Of a stretch of DNA of 64,000 nucleotides, positions 9,381-19,606 are shown one piece after another. This stretch comes from Candidatus Anaerostipes avistercoris (GTDB lineage: Bacteria > Bacillota > Clostridia > Lachnospirales > Lachnospiraceae). Each line of letters begins with the position of its first letter. Position 1 is the first letter of the stretch. The stretch is taken from contig DWWD01000021.1 of NCBI GenBank assembly GCA_019119895.1, positions 11,789 to 75,788 of the forward strand, in the 5' to 3' direction. The notes beneath the pieces were generated by a model, which was not told the DNA's origin, searched no databases, and worked only from the letters and a program-made list of their open reading frames with translations. The translations under genes and the position numbers were made by a program.

Positions 9381-9754
9381 TCGCCAGAGTGCGTTCTCAT
9401 CTGAAACGGTACGCCCGTCTGACGGCTGACAGGGACAAAGGAGACGGAAACAGGAAGAACCCGGATCAGATTGTTGTGGGAGATTTGATCATCGAACCGA
9501 AAACATGGAAGGTGTGGAAAAAGGGAAAAGAGATCAGACTTCCCAACCGGGAGTTCAAGCTGCTTTGTTTTCTGGCGGAGAATCCCAATATTGTTTTTTC
9601 CAAGGAGCAGTTATTTGAAAAAATATGGGGATATGATTATATATCGGATGCGGCCACCGTATCGGTACATATTAACCGTCTGAGGGAAAAGATAGAAGAA
9701 GATGCGAGAAATCCTCAGATTATAGAAACTATCTGGGGAGCGGGATACCGCTGA
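9368..9754 (+). pseudogene. C-terminal fragment of an OmpR-family response regulator
   Basis: In frame from 9368: PSQLIARVRSHLKRY, then winged helix to ETIWGAGYR*. The receiver domain is missing. Confidence 0.8.
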
Positions 9755-9786
9755 ATCAGATGTAAAAAGAGGTCAGACAGGAAAGA

Positions 9787-9826
9787 AGAAACCGCTGCAG
9801 ACAGAATCTGTTTTGCAGCGGTTTCT
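9787..9826. terminator. bidirectional intrinsic terminator downstream of argG
   Basis: 13-bp stem AGAAACCGCTGCA/TGCAGCGGTTTCT. Confidence 0.8.
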
Positions 9827-9856
9827 TTCTATAACTATGTAGCTGTAGTGTGTTAG

Positions 9857-11080
9857 CTATTTCTGGTTTTCTTCTGCTTCTTTCATCTTCATAGCGCGGA
9901 CTTTCAATGGAAGACCGAACAGAGTGATGAATCCTTCTGCGTCATGGTGGTCATATAAGTCACCGGTTGTGAAGGACGCAAGAGATTCACTGTATAAAGA
10001 ATATGGAGAAGATGTTCCGGCTTTGATGATATTTCCTTTGTATAATTTGAATTTGACTTCTCCTGTTACATATTCCTGTGTGGATTCTACGAATGCCTGG
10101 ATGGCTTCACGGAGAGGAGTGAACCATTTTCCTTCGTATACAACCTGAGCCAGTTTGTTGCCCATATCTTTCTTTACTTCCATGGTAGCGCGGTCTAATA
10201 CCAGCTCTTCCAGCTGAGCGTGCGCTTCCATTAAAATTGTTCCGCCAGGAGTCTCATAAACGCCGCGGGATTTCATCCCTACCACACGATTTTCTACGAT
10301 ATCAACAATACCGATTCCATGCTTTCCTCCAAGTTCATTTAACTTGCGGATAATGTCGGATACTTTCATTTTTTCTCCGTTGATGGAAGTCGGGATACCT
10401 TTTTCGAATGTCATTGTTACATATTCTCCTTCGTCCGGAGCTTTTTCAGGAGAAACTCCGAGAACAAGAAGGTGGTCATAATCCGGTTCATTGGCCGGAT
10501 CTTCCAGTTCCAGACCTTCATGGCTGATATGCCATAAGTTACGGTCACGGCTGTAGCTCTGGTCAGCGGAGAATGGAAGGTCAATGCCGTGAGCTTTGCA
10601 GTATTCAATCTCAGATTCGCGGGAATCCATGTTCCATTTGTCATCTCTCCATGCGGCGATGATCTTCAGGTCTGGAGCCAGGGCTTTGATTCCAAGCTCA
10701 AAACGGATCTGGTCATTACCTTTTCCTGTTGCTCCGTGGCAGATCGCAGAGGCGCCTTCTTTTCTTGCTACATCAACCAGTGCTTTTGCGATTCCCGGAC
10801 GCGCCATGGAAGTACCGAGAAGGTATTTGTTCTCATATACAGCGCCTGCCTGTACGCAAGGCATGATATAGTCGTCACAGAATTCATCTGTGATATCTAC
10901 GATATATAATTTGGAAGCGCCTGAATATTTTGCTCTTTCTTCCAGTCCGTCTAATTCTTCTTCCTGTCCGCAGTCAACGCAGCAGCAGATGACTTCATAA
11001 TCATAGTTTTCTTTCAGCCAGGGAATGATCGCTGTGGTATCAAGTCCTCCGGAATAAGCTAAAACAACTTTTTCTTTCAT
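9857..11080 (-). CDS. argG: argininosuccinate synthase
   Basis: [38 protein letters not shown]. Start reassigned to 11080 behind AGGAG. Confidence 0.98.
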   Translation of the reverse strand: MKEKVVLAYSGGLDTTAIIPWLKENYDYEVICCCVDCGQEEELDGLEERAKYSGASKLYIVDITDEFCDDYIMPCVQAGAVYENKYLLGTSMARPGIAKALVDVARKEGASAICHGATGKGNDQIRFELGIKALAPDLKIIAAWRDDKWNMDSRESEIEYCKAHGIDLPFSADQSYSRDRNLWHISHEGLELEDPANEPDYDHLLVLGVSPEKAPDEGEYVTMTFEKGIPTSINGEKMKVSDIIRKLNELGGKHGIGIVDIVENRVVGMKSRGVYETPGGTILMEAHAQLEELVLDRATMEVKKDMGNKLAQVVYEGKWFTPLREAIQAFVESTQEYVTGEVKFKLYKGNIIKAGTSSPYSLYSESLASFTTGDLYDHHDAEGFITLFGLPLKVRAMKMKEAEENQK

Positions 11081-11122
11081 TTTATATGTCCTCCTAAGTA
11101 AATAAGTAATTGTCTGTCTAAT

Positions 11123-11151
11123 AATATACGTGATATGGGAAGGTTTTGCAA
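11123..11151 (-). promoter_or_regulatory. sigma-A-type promoter of argG
   Basis: Minus strand TTGCAA-17 bp-TATATT. Confidence 0.65.
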
Positions 11152-11170
11152 GGACTTTTTTCATTTTGAA

Positions 11171-11225
11171 TGAATATTTATAAAAAAAGAATGAATAAAA
11201 TGAAAAATAAGCGTATATTTATGCA
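11171..11225. promoter_or_regulatory. probable ArgR/AhrC ARG boxes in the argG-argC divergent region
   Basis: TGAATATTTATAAA (11171), TGAATAAAATGAA (11192) and CGTATATTTATGCA (11212) resemble TGnATAwwwATnCA. Confidence 0.55.
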
Positions 11226-11231
11226 AAAGTA

Positions 11232-11260
11232 TTGCATATTTTCGGTTTCGGTTGTATACT
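11232..11260 (+). promoter_or_regulatory. sigma-A promoter of argCJBD
   Basis: TTGCAT-17 bp-TATACT. Confidence 0.7.
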
Positions 11261-11300
11261 TAGGAACAATTGATGATAAAATTATAAAGAAAGCGCAGGG

Positions 11301-12350
11301 ATGAGAAATATGATAAAAGCAGGAATCATTGGATCAACCGGATATGCGGGTCAGGAACTGGTAAGACTGCTGATGCAGCACAAAGACGCGGAAATTGTCT
11401 GGTACGGTTCAAGAAGTTATATAGATCAGAAGTACTACGATGTCTTCCATAATATGTTTGAGATTGTGGAGGACAAGTGCCTGGATGATAATATGGAAGA
11501 ACTGGCAGAGAAAGCGGACGTTGTATTTACCGCAACCCCTCAGGGACTGTGCAGTTCCCTCGTATCAGAAGAGGTTCTTTCAAAGACAAAGATCATTGAC
11601 CTCAGTGCTGATTTCAGGATCAAAGATGTGAACCGCTATGAAGAATGGTATGGACTGAAACATCAGAGCCCGGAATTTATCGCAGAGGCAGTATACGGAT
11701 TGTGTGAGATCAACCGTGAGGATATTAAGAAAGCGAGACTGATCGCCAATCCGGGATGCTATCCGACATGCTCTGCATTATCCATTTATCCGATGGCAAA
11801 GGAAGGGCTGATCGACATGAACAGTATCATTATTGACGCCAAATCCGGCACTTCCGGAGCAGGACGGGGAGCGAAAGTCAACAACCTCTATTGTGAAGTC
11901 AATGAAAATATCAAGGCATACGGAGTAGCGACCCACCGTCATACACCGGAGATCGAAGATCAGTTAAGCTATGCGTCCGGGGAGAAAGTTGTACTGAATT
12001 TCACTCCGCATCTGGTGCCGATGAACCGGGGCATCCTGGTGACAGCATATGCTGATCTGAAAAAAGACGTATCTTATGAAGAAATCAGGGAAATTTATGA
12101 TTCTTATTATAAAGAAGAGAAGTTTGTGAGAGTTCTTGAGAAAGATGTATGTCCGGAAACCCGATGGGTGGAGGGCAGCAATTATGTGGACGTAAACTTC
12201 AAGATCGATCAGAGAACGGGACGCATCATTATGATGGGAGCCATGGATAATCTTGTGAAAGGCGCGGCAGGACAGGCGGTTCAGAATATGAATCTGATGT
12301 TTGGACTGGACGAAGCAGAAGGACTGGAATTAGTGCCGATGTTCCCGTAA
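11301..12350 (+). CDS. argC: N-acetyl-gamma-glutamyl-phosphate reductase
   Basis: GSTGYAG, DLSADFR, IANPGCYPT, DNLVKGAAGQAVQN. Start could be 11310. Confidence 0.98.
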   Translation: MRNMIKAGIIGSTGYAGQELVRLLMQHKDAEIVWYGSRSYIDQKYYDVFHNMFEIVEDKCLDDNMEELAEKADVVFTATPQGLCSSLVSEEVLSKTKIIDLSADFRIKDVNRYEEWYGLKHQSPEFIAEAVYGLCEINREDIKKARLIANPGCYPTCSALSIYPMAKEGLIDMNSIIIDAKSGTSGAGRGAKVNNLYCEVNENIKAYGVATHRHTPEIEDQLSYASGEKVVLNFTPHLVPMNRGILVTAYADLKKDVSYEEIREIYDSYYKEEKFVRVLEKDVCPETRWVEGSNYVDVNFKIDQRTGRIIMMGAMDNLVKGAAGQAVQNMNLMFGLDEAEGLELVPMFP

Positions 12351-12408
12351 TCGTTCCGGGCTGAAAGCCCACAGCATGAAAAGTATACATAGAAAGGAAT
12401 CACAGAAT

Positions 12409-13635
12409 ATGAAGATAATCGATGGGGGAGTGACTTCCCCGAAAGGCTTTCTGGCAGCGGGAATCCGCGCTGGAATCAAGCCGGGCAGTGAAAAGAAAGA
12501 CATGGCGGTGATCTACAGTGAGGAGCCGGCTGTTCTTGCGGGGACTTTTACGAGAAATATCGTAAAAGCGGCGCCGGTTAAATGGGATCAGAAGCTGGTA
12601 AAAGAACAGGGTGCCATTCGCGCGGTTGTTGTGAATACGGGAATCGCCAATGCCTGTACCGGAATAGAAGGATATGAAAATACAAAAAAGGAAGCGGCCC
12701 TGGCAGCAGAACTGTTTGGCATCCGGCAGGAAGAAGTAGCCGTCGGCTCCACAGGGGTCATTGGCCAGCAGCTGCCGATGGAGGTCATCGAAGAAGGAAT
12801 CCGCCGTCTGGTTTCGGCTATTTCCCATGACCGTCAGAGCAGCAGGGATGCGGCAGAAGCAATCCTTACCACAGATACCAAGTCCAAAGAAGCAGCGGTT
12901 TCAGTGGAAATCGGCGGAAAAGAAGTCATCATCGGAGGAATCTGCAAAGGTTCCGGCATGATTCACCCGAATATGGGAACCATGCTTGGATATATTGCTA
13001 CAGACGCAGCCATTGAGCAGGAAATCCTGCAGGAAATGCAGAAGGAAATCGTGGAAGATACTTTCAACATGATTTCCGTGGATGGAGACACCTCCACCAA
13101 TGATACGGTTCTCGTTATGGCAAATGCCATGGCAGGCAACGAAAAGATTCAGGAAAAAAATGAAGATTATGAAATCTTTAAAGAGGGACTTCTCTATGTA
13201 AACCGGGAACTGGCAAAACAGATTGCCGGGGACGGAGAAGGCTGCACCAAATTGTTTGAAGTCTGTGTGGAAGGCGCAGATACCAGAGAAAATGCGAAGA
13301 TCCTGAGCAAATCCGTAGTGACATCCAGTCTTACCAAGGCTGCGATTTACGGAAGAGACGCCAACTGGGGAAGAATTTTATGCGCCCTTGGATATTCCGG
13401 AGTGGATTTTGATCCGGAAAAAGTAGATATTGCGTTTGAGAGTGCGGCCGGGACGATCGATATTGTAAAAGACGGCATTGCCGCCGATTATTCAGAGGAT
13501 GAAGCGACAAACATCCTGTCCGAGGAGAAAGTGACCGCCCGGATCAATGTCCATAACGGTGAAGAAGAAGCAACTGCGTGGGGATGCGATCTGACCCATG
13601 ATTATGTGAGCATCAACGCAGATTACAGATCATAA
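12409..13635 (+). CDS. argJ: bifunctional ornithine acetyltransferase/N-acetylglutamate synthase
   Basis: KGSGMIHPNMGTML (autoprocessing Thr), DGDTSTND, DGEG. Start reassigned to ATG 12409. Confidence 0.97.
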   Translation: MKIIDGGVTSPKGFLAAGIRAGIKPGSEKKDMAVIYSEEPAVLAGTFTRNIVKAAPVKWDQKLVKEQGAIRAVVVNTGIANACTGIEGYENTKKEAALAAELFGIRQEEVAVGSTGVIGQQLPMEVIEEGIRRLVSAISHDRQSSRDAAEAILTTDTKSKEAAVSVEIGGKEVIIGGICKGSGMIHPNMGTMLGYIATDAAIEQEILQEMQKEIVEDTFNMISVDGDTSTNDTVLVMANAMAGNEKIQEKNEDYEIFKEGLLYVNRELAKQIAGDGEGCTKLFEVCVEGADTRENAKILSKSVVTSSLTKAAIYGRDANWGRILCALGYSGVDFDPEKVDIAFESAAGTIDIVKDGIAADYSEDEATNILSEEKVTARINVHNGEEEATAWGCDLTHDYVSINADYRS

Positions 13636-13668
13636 ATAACAGAGATTGAAGGAAGAAGGAGAAAAAAT

Positions 13669-14556
13669 ATGAATCAGGCAGAACAGATCGAACAGTCAAA
13701 ACAGAAGGCGGAGGTATTAACAGAAGCGCTTCCGTATATCCGCCGCTTTAATAACTGCTATGTTGTCGTAAAGTACGGCGGAAGCGCAATGAAAGATAAA
13801 GAACTGCAGAAAAGCGTGATCCGGGATGTGGCGCTGCTGAAGCTGATCGGAATGAAACCGATCATTGTTCACGGCGGCGGAAAAGAAATCAGCAAATGGG
13901 TCCGCATGTCCGGAAAAGAACCGGAGTTTTATCACGGACTGCGTGTTACGGACAAAGATACCATGGAAGTTGCGGAAATGGTATTGTTTAAAGTAAATCA
14001 GGAACTGGTTGCCATGATGGCGGAAGCCGGAGTCAAGGCTGTTGGACTGTCCGGAAAAGACGCGGAGATGATCCATGTAACGAAGAAGGAAGTGCCGGGA
14101 AAAGACCTTGGATATGTAGGAGAAGTCAAAAAGGTTGACACAGAACTTCTGGAGGCCCTGATTCAGGATGACTTTGTTCCGGTTATTTCACCGATCGGGC
14201 TGGGCGATGACTTTGAGCCGTATAATATCAATGCCGATGACACAGCCTGTGCGGTAGCATCCGCGCTGAATGCGGAGAAACTGGTATTCCTTACAGATAT
14301 TGAGGGTGTATTTGTAGATCCGGAGGACAAATCCACTCTGATCTCCGAGATGGATCTTGCCCAGGCAAGAGAATTTATTGCCCGCGGCGTTGTAGGAGGC
14401 GGAATGCTCCCGAAACTTCAGAATTGTATTGAAGCTATTGAAAACGGCGTTGCCAGAGTCCATGTACTGGACGGAAGAGTTCCGCACTGCCTGCTTCTTG
14501 AGTTCTTTACGGAAAAAGGTGTCGGAACAGCAATCTTAAAAGAACCATTATTCTAG
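13669..14556 (+). CDS. argB: acetylglutamate kinase
   Basis: [25 protein letters not shown]. Confidence 0.97.
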   Translation: MNQAEQIEQSKQKAEVLTEALPYIRRFNNCYVVVKYGGSAMKDKELQKSVIRDVALLKLIGMKPIIVHGGGKEISKWVRMSGKEPEFYHGLRVTDKDTMEVAEMVLFKVNQELVAMMAEAGVKAVGLSGKDAEMIHVTKKEVPGKDLGYVGEVKKVDTELLEALIQDDFVPVISPIGLGDDFEPYNINADDTACAVASALNAEKLVFLTDIEGVFVDPEDKSTLISEMDLAQAREFIARGVVGGGMLPKLQNCIEAIENGVARVHVLDGRVPHCLLLEFFTEKGVGTAILKEPLF

Positions 14557-14566
14557 GAGGCGTTTT

Positions 14567-15763
14567 ATGAATCAGAAAGAATATATCCAGCAGGGAGAGG
14601 AATACATATTAAAAACATACAACCGGTATCCGGTGGTTTTGGAAAAAGGAGAAGGGGTTTTTCTATATGACGTGGAAGGCAAGAAATACCTTGACTTTGG
14701 AGCCGGAATCGCAGTATTCGCTCTTGGATATGGAAATAAGGATTATAATGATAAGCTGAAGGAGCAGATCGATAGGCTGATTCACACATCCAATCTTTTC
14801 TACAATGTTCCGGCGGTAGAAGCTGCCAAAAAAATCGTGGAAGCTTCCAAAATGAAAAAAGTATTTTTCACCAACAGCGGAACAGAAGCCATTGAGGGGG
14901 CGCTTAAAGTAGCCCGGAAATACGCGTACAACAAGGATGATTCCAAAGATTACGAATTTATTGCCATGGATCAGTCCTTCCATGGAAGAAGCCAGGGAGC
15001 CCTTGCGGTGACAGGAAATGCCCATTATCAGGACGGATTTATCCCGAAAGAATTCCGGGCAGTATTTGCCAGATTCAATGATCTGGATGACGTAAAGTCC
15101 AAGATTACAGATAAAACCTGTGGGATTATCTGCGAGGTTGTACAGGGTGAAGGAGGAATCTATCCGGCTGATCCTGATTTCCTGAAGGGATTAAGAGAAA
15201 TCTGTGATGAAAAAGATATTCTGCTGATTTTTGATGAAATCCAGTGCGGTATGGGAAGATGCGGTTCCCTGTTTGCTCACGATCTATATGGAGTAAAACC
15301 GGATGTTATGACGCTTGCCAAGGCGCTGGGATGCGGAGTGCCGGTAGGAGCCTTTGTAGTCAATGACAAAGCGGACGGAGCGCTGGTGCCGGGAGATCAT
15401 GGAACGACATACGGAGGCAATCCGTTTGCATGTGCGGCGATCAATGCGGTATTTGAGCAGTTTGAGAAAAAGAAACTGCCGGAACACGCGAAAACGGTCG
15501 GAGAATATCTCTGGGATCAGCTGGAACAGATTAAAAACCAGTACGATTTTATCACGGGACACCGCGGAATTGCCCTGATGCAGGGACTGGAGCTTGCGGC
15601 AGAAAAACAGGCGGGAAAAGTCGTAAGCGCGGCTCTGGAGAAGGGGCTGATTCTTATGACGGCAGGAAACAATGTTTTAAGATTTGTGCCGCCGCTGGTT
15701 ATCGAAGAACACGATGTGGATGAGATGATAAAGATTTTAAAAGAAGTGCTGGATGAGGCATAA
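14567..15763 (+). CDS. argD: acetylornithine aminotransferase
   Basis: FFTNSGTEA, SFHGRS, FDEIQCGMGR, TLAKALG, TTYGGNP; located in the arg operon. Confidence 0.95.
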   Translation: MNQKEYIQQGEEYILKTYNRYPVVLEKGEGVFLYDVEGKKYLDFGAGIAVFALGYGNKDYNDKLKEQIDRLIHTSNLFYNVPAVEAAKKIVEASKMKKVFFTNSGTEAIEGALKVARKYAYNKDDSKDYEFIAMDQSFHGRSQGALAVTGNAHYQDGFIPKEFRAVFARFNDLDDVKSKITDKTCGIICEVVQGEGGIYPADPDFLKGLREICDEKDILLIFDEIQCGMGRCGSLFAHDLYGVKPDVMTLAKALGCGVPVGAFVVNDKADGALVPGDHGTTYGGNPFACAAINAVFEQFEKKKLPEHAKTVGEYLWDQLEQIKNQYDFITGHRGIALMQGLELAAEKQAGKVVSAALEKGLILMTAGNNVLRFVPPLVIEEHDVDEMIKILKEVLDEA

Positions 15764-15834
15764 TAAGAGATGAATAGAAAAAGCTTTCATGGAAAAACTA
15801 AGGGTAATATAGTTTGGAAATGGAGGCTTTTTTT

Positions 15835-16272
15835 ATGTTTGGTTTTATCATTGCGCTGATCTCTGGGGCGCTGATGAGTATCCAGGGAGTGCTGAATACA
15901 GAAGTAACAAAGCAGAGCAGTACATGGACAACCAGTTCTTTCGTGCAGTTTACCGGATTTCTGGCCTGCATCCTCATATGGGCGGCAGCAGAACATGATA
16001 AAAGTTTTCTTATGCTTACAAAGGTTCATCCCAGGTATCTCCTTTTGGGAGGCGTCATTGGGGCGGCCATTACATTTACTGTGATCAAAAGTGTAAGTGC
16101 GCTGGGACCGGCACAGTCCGCCATGCTGATCGTGGCGTCACAGGTGGTCGTTTCCTATCTGATCGAGGTGTTCGGTTGGTTTGGAACAGAGAAAACAGGC
16201 TTTCAGTGGATCAGGCTGATCGGCGTGATTTTGTTTGTTGCAGGGCTTGTAATATTTAAATGGAAATCGTAA
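15835..16272 (+). CDS. DMT-superfamily transporter (YdcZ/DUF606-like)
   Basis: Hydrophobic, SIQG..N, LLGGVIG, Q.....LI..FG.FG. Start at ATG 15835 behind GGAGG. Confidence 0.8.
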   Translation: MFGFIIALISGALMSIQGVLNTEVTKQSSTWTTSSFVQFTGFLACILIWAAAEHDKSFLMLTKVHPRYLLLGGVIGAAITFTVIKSVSALGPAQSAMLIVASQVVVSYLIEVFGWFGTEKTGFQWIRLIGVILFVAGLVIFKWKS

Positions 16273-16279
16273 ATATCTC

Positions 16280-16308
16280 TTGTAAAGTATTATTATTTTC
16301 GATACAAT
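16280..16308 (+). promoter_or_regulatory. sigma-A promoter of the comEA-RR-HK-GerMN-comEC unit
   Basis: TTGTAA-17 bp-TACAAT. Confidence 0.65.
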
Positions 16309-16360
16309 AGTAAGAGATTTACATGTTCAAAGCTCTTTGCGGCGGCCGGGAGGTATAACG

Positions 16361-16933
16361 TTGTTTCAAAGAGTCCGAACCATATGTTTTATATTGATTT
16401 TGATGTTCACCGTACCAGTGGGATGTTCTTCTGATGCCAGTGTTGAAGTTCTGGAAGACAGAGAGACGAAGGAGGAAGCAGGCAGTACCGCTTCTTCCCG
16501 GGAGAAAATCTTTGTCTACATCTGCGGCCAGGTGAAGAAGCCGGGAGTCTATGAGTTTTCTTCCGGAGACAGAATCGTGGCCGCTGTGAAAGCGGCTGGA
16601 GGCTTTACTTCCGAAGCATCCCAGGAGAGTATCAACCAGGCAGAGAAGATGAAGGACGGACAGCAGATTTATGTTCCGTCCAGAAAGGAATCTCAGGAAG
16701 GAGGTTCCGGACACACCCGGGAGAGTGGCAAGGATTCTGCCGGAAAAGTCAATATCAATACGGCAGGCAGAGAGGAACTGATGACTCTCTCCGGAATTGG
16801 GGAATCGAAAGCGGATGATATTATTGCTTACAGAGAAGAGCATGGTCCTTTTTCAAAAACCGAGGATATTATGAAGATACAGGGAATCAAGGAAGGAATA
16901 TACAATAAGATCAAAGACAGCATTACAATATAA
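16361..16933 (+). CDS. comEA: competence DNA receptor ComEA
   Basis: SLBB-like VYICGQVKKPGVY plus helix-hairpin-helix KVNINTA..EELMTLSGIG. Likely TTG start at 16361 behind GGAGG. Confidence 0.9.
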   Translation: MFQRVRTICFILILMFTVPVGCSSDASVEVLEDRETKEEAGSTASSREKIFVYICGQVKKPGVYEFSSGDRIVAAVKAAGGFTSEASQESINQAEKMKDGQQIYVPSRKESQEGGSGHTRESGKDSAGKVNINTAGREELMTLSGIGESKADDIIAYREEHGPFSKTEDIMKIQGIKEGIYNKIKDSITI

Positions 16934-16950
16934 TAATAGAGGTGTAAGAA

Positions 16951-17640
16951 ATGAAAAAGGTATTAGTGGTTGATGATGAAAAGTTGATCGTCAAGGGAAT
17001 CAAGTTCAGCCTGGAACAGGATGAGATGCAGGTTGACTGTGCCTATGACGGGGAAGAAGCGCTGGAGAAAGCAAAAGCGAATGTATATGATATTATTCTC
17101 CTGGATGTCATGCTTCCCGGGCTGTCCGGATTTGAAGTGTGCCAGGCAATCCGCGAATTTTCGAATGTTCCGATCATCATGCTGACGGCAAAAGGTGAGG
17201 ATATGGACAAGATTCTCGGATTGGAATACGGGGCAGATGATTATATCACGAAGCCTTTTAATATTCTTGAAGTGAAAGCCAGGATCAAAGCGATCATGAG
17301 GAGAACTGCCCATCATGACGCGCCTGTGCAGGAAGAACCGAAAGTTGTGGAATACCGGGGATTGAAAGTTGACTGCGAAAGCCGCAGGGTTCACGTTCAC
17401 GGTAAGGAAGTGAATCTGACGGCAAAAGAGTTTGATTTGCTGGAGCTGCTGGTATTCCATCCGAATAAAGTATACAGCCGGGAGGATCTGCTGAATACCG
17501 TATGGGGGTATGATTATCCTGGAGATGCCAGAACCGTGGATGTACATATCAGAAGGCTCAGAGAAAAGATTGAGACTAATCCGGGAGTGCCGGATTATGT
17601 ACATACCAAGTGGGGGGTAGGTTATTATTTCCAGGGATAA
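16951..17640 (+). CDS. OmpR/WalR-family response regulator
   Basis: LVVDDE, LLDVMLP (phospho-Asp), DYITKPF, winged helix RTVDVHIRRLR. Confidence 0.95.
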   Translation: MKKVLVVDDEKLIVKGIKFSLEQDEMQVDCAYDGEEALEKAKANVYDIILLDVMLPGLSGFEVCQAIREFSNVPIIMLTAKGEDMDKILGLEYGADDYITKPFNILEVKARIKAIMRRTAHHDAPVQEEPKVVEYRGLKVDCESRRVHVHGKEVNLTAKEFDLLELLVFHPNKVYSREDLLNTVWGYDYPGDARTVDVHIRRLREKIETNPGVPDYVHTKWGVGYYFQG

Positions 17641-17677
17641 GCGCCAGAAGAAGAAACGGTTCGCTTTTCTGGGCAGT

Positions 17678-19078
17678 ATGAAGTTTACCATCTTCATATC
17701 TGTCTTTGCGCTGTCTGTGCTTATTTCTGTGCTGTTCAGCAAGTTTCTGAATGATGCTTACAATGAGAAAGCATTTAATCAGAAGGTGGACAGTGTGGAA
17801 GCGCAGTGCAGATGGCTGGCAAATCAGGTGGTCGGAGTAGATTTTATCCTCAATGACAGTTCGAATGCTCTGTCATCTCAGACCAATGAGCTGGCAGCCA
17901 GTATGAACGGGCGAATCATCATCATTAAGAAGAATTACAAGATCATCAAAGATACCCATACGGATTTTCAGGAAAAATATTTCCTGAACAACGATGTTCT
18001 GCGGATCATGGAAGGCAGAGAAGAGCGAATTGTGAATGAAGAAGGAGACTATATTGAGATTATGTGTCCGATTTATTCTGCCGGGTCAGAAGACGGGGAA
18101 GTTTTCGGAGCGGTGATCGCCACAGTGCCGAGGGACGATCTGATGGCAGCCGGTATAGAGATGGAGCAGCGGAGAAATATGCTTCTGGTGGCTTTCATCA
18201 TTGTCGGACTTACTTTTTCTGTGATTTTAAGCTATCTGCTGACCAGAGACTTGAAAAAGATACAGCATGATGTGAATTTTATTGCCATGGGACATGAAGA
18301 TGAAACCATCAGGGAAGTCGGATTCCTGGAGATACGTAGGATCGTATCCAGATTTAATGAGATTCTGGGCAGGATGCAGGTTCTGGAGGATTCCAGAAAG
18401 GAATTTGTATCCAATGTCTCCCATGAATTGAAAACGCCGATGACATCCATGAAAGTGCTGGCAGATTCTCTGCTGCAGCAGGGAGATCAGGTGCCGGCGG
18501 AATTGTACCGGGAATTCATGTCTGATATGGTCAAGGAGATTGACAGGGAGAATGTCATTATTTCCGACCTGCTTTCACTGGTAAAGATGGATAAGAAGGC
18601 ATCGAAACTGGAAATTTCCAATGTGGATATTAACGAACTGCTTCAGATTATCATGAAGAGACTGAAGCCGATCGCGGCTCAGAGAAATATAGAACTGATC
18701 TTCGAAAGTTTCCGTCCGGTGACGGCGGAAATCGATGAAGTGAAGCTGACCCTTGCCCTTTCCAACCTGATCGAAAATGGAATCAAGTATAATAAGGATA
18801 ATGGATATGTGCGGGTCAGCGTCAATGCAGATCACAAGTATTTTTATGTGAAGGTTGCCGATAACGGCGTCGGTATTCCGGAAGACTGTCAGGATCGTGT
18901 CTTCGACAGATTCTTCCGTGTGGATAAAGCACGATCCAGGGATACGGGCGGTACCGGGCTCGGTCTTTCCATTACACAGAATGCAGTGCTGATGCATAAG
19001 GGTGAAATCAAACTTTACAGCAGATTAGGGGAAGGAACGACGTTTACCGTGCGAATTCCGCTGAAATACAATGCGTAG
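17678..19078 (+). CDS. membrane sensor histidine kinase (HAMP-HisKA-HATPase)
   Basis: Two TM segments, VSHELKTP, NLIENGIKY, DNGVGI, FFRVDKARSR, GTGLGL. Confidence 0.95.
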   Translation: MKFTIFISVFALSVLISVLFSKFLNDAYNEKAFNQKVDSVEAQCRWLANQVVGVDFILNDSSNALSSQTNELAASMNGRIIIIKKNYKIIKDTHTDFQEKYFLNNDVLRIMEGREERIVNEEGDYIEIMCPIYSAGSEDGEVFGAVIATVPRDDLMAAGIEMEQRRNMLLVAFIIVGLTFSVILSYLLTRDLKKIQHDVNFIAMGHEDETIREVGFLEIRRIVSRFNEILGRMQVLEDSRKEFVSNVSHELKTPMTSMKVLADSLLQQGDQVPAELYREFMSDMVKEIDRENVIISDLLSLVKMDKKASKLEISNVDINELLQIIMKRLKPIAAQRNIELIFESFRPVTAEIDEVKLTLALSNLIENGIKYNKDNGYVRVSVNADHKYFYVKVADNGVGIPEDCQDRVFDRFFRVDKARSRDTGGTGLGLSITQNAVLMHKGEIKLYSRLGEGTTFTVRIPLKYNA

Positions 19079-19087
19079 GAGGGAGTC

Positions 19088-19603
19088 ATGAAGAAAAAAG
19101 CAGGAATCATCTTCTTGTGCTGTCTGTGTCTTGCGCTGTTATTTGGCGGGTGCTCCGGTCAGAAAAAGGAACAGACCGACAGCAGCGAAGAAGGAACGGC
19201 AGTTTACTACTCAAATGAAAGCTGTACCCGTCTGGTCTCTGTGTCCAGGAATATCGATCTGGCAGACGACCCGCAGGAGAATTTGGAGACTCTGCTGAGA
19301 GAGATGAAAAAAGTCAGCAGAGACAGCGAGTATAAATCTGCGATACCGGACGGCGTGATCATCAACAGCGCAGTGGTGACGAACAACATCGTCACGGTGG
19401 ATTTTTCGACCGGATATAATAAACTGGAAGAAAATGAGGATTTGATCTGCAGGGCAGGCATCGTATATACACTGACTCAGATAGATGGCATTAATTATGT
19501 ATCATTTTCTGTTTCGGGAAAAGCGATGCTTGATACAGACGGAAAAGCCGTCGGAGCATTGGGGCGCGACAGCTTTGTTTTCGGGGAACTGCCGATGGAT
19601 TAA
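19088..19603 (+). CDS. GerMN-domain lipoprotein
   Basis: Lipobox LFGG|C. VTVDFS...IVYTLTQIDGI..V.F.V.G is the GerMN pattern. Confidence 0.8.
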   Translation: MKKKAGIIFLCCLCLALLFGGCSGQKKEQTDSSEEGTAVYYSNESCTRLVSVSRNIDLADDPQENLETLLREMKKVSRDSEYKSAIPDGVIINSAVVTNNIVTVDFSTGYNKLEENEDLICRAGIVYTLTQIDGINYVSFSVSGKAMLDTDGKAVGALGRDSFVFGELPMD

Positions 19604-19606
19604 AAT

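Noticed and set aside
11081-11164. N-terminal extensions in the ORF track (argG, ABC-F, rex, alr, mazF, lrgB, cbiQ, rpsT and others)
   Set aside because: Downstream starts have clear Shine-Dalgarno sequences and match family N-termini; the extensions run through promoter DNA or neighbouring genes.
16963-17742. 259-aa antisense ORF over the response regulator; similar shadows at 26092-26880, 31264-32100, 53439-54224, 58362-59102 and 59477-60283
   Set aside because: They lie opposite well-conserved genes, show no family motifs or RBS, and are expected from codon bias.
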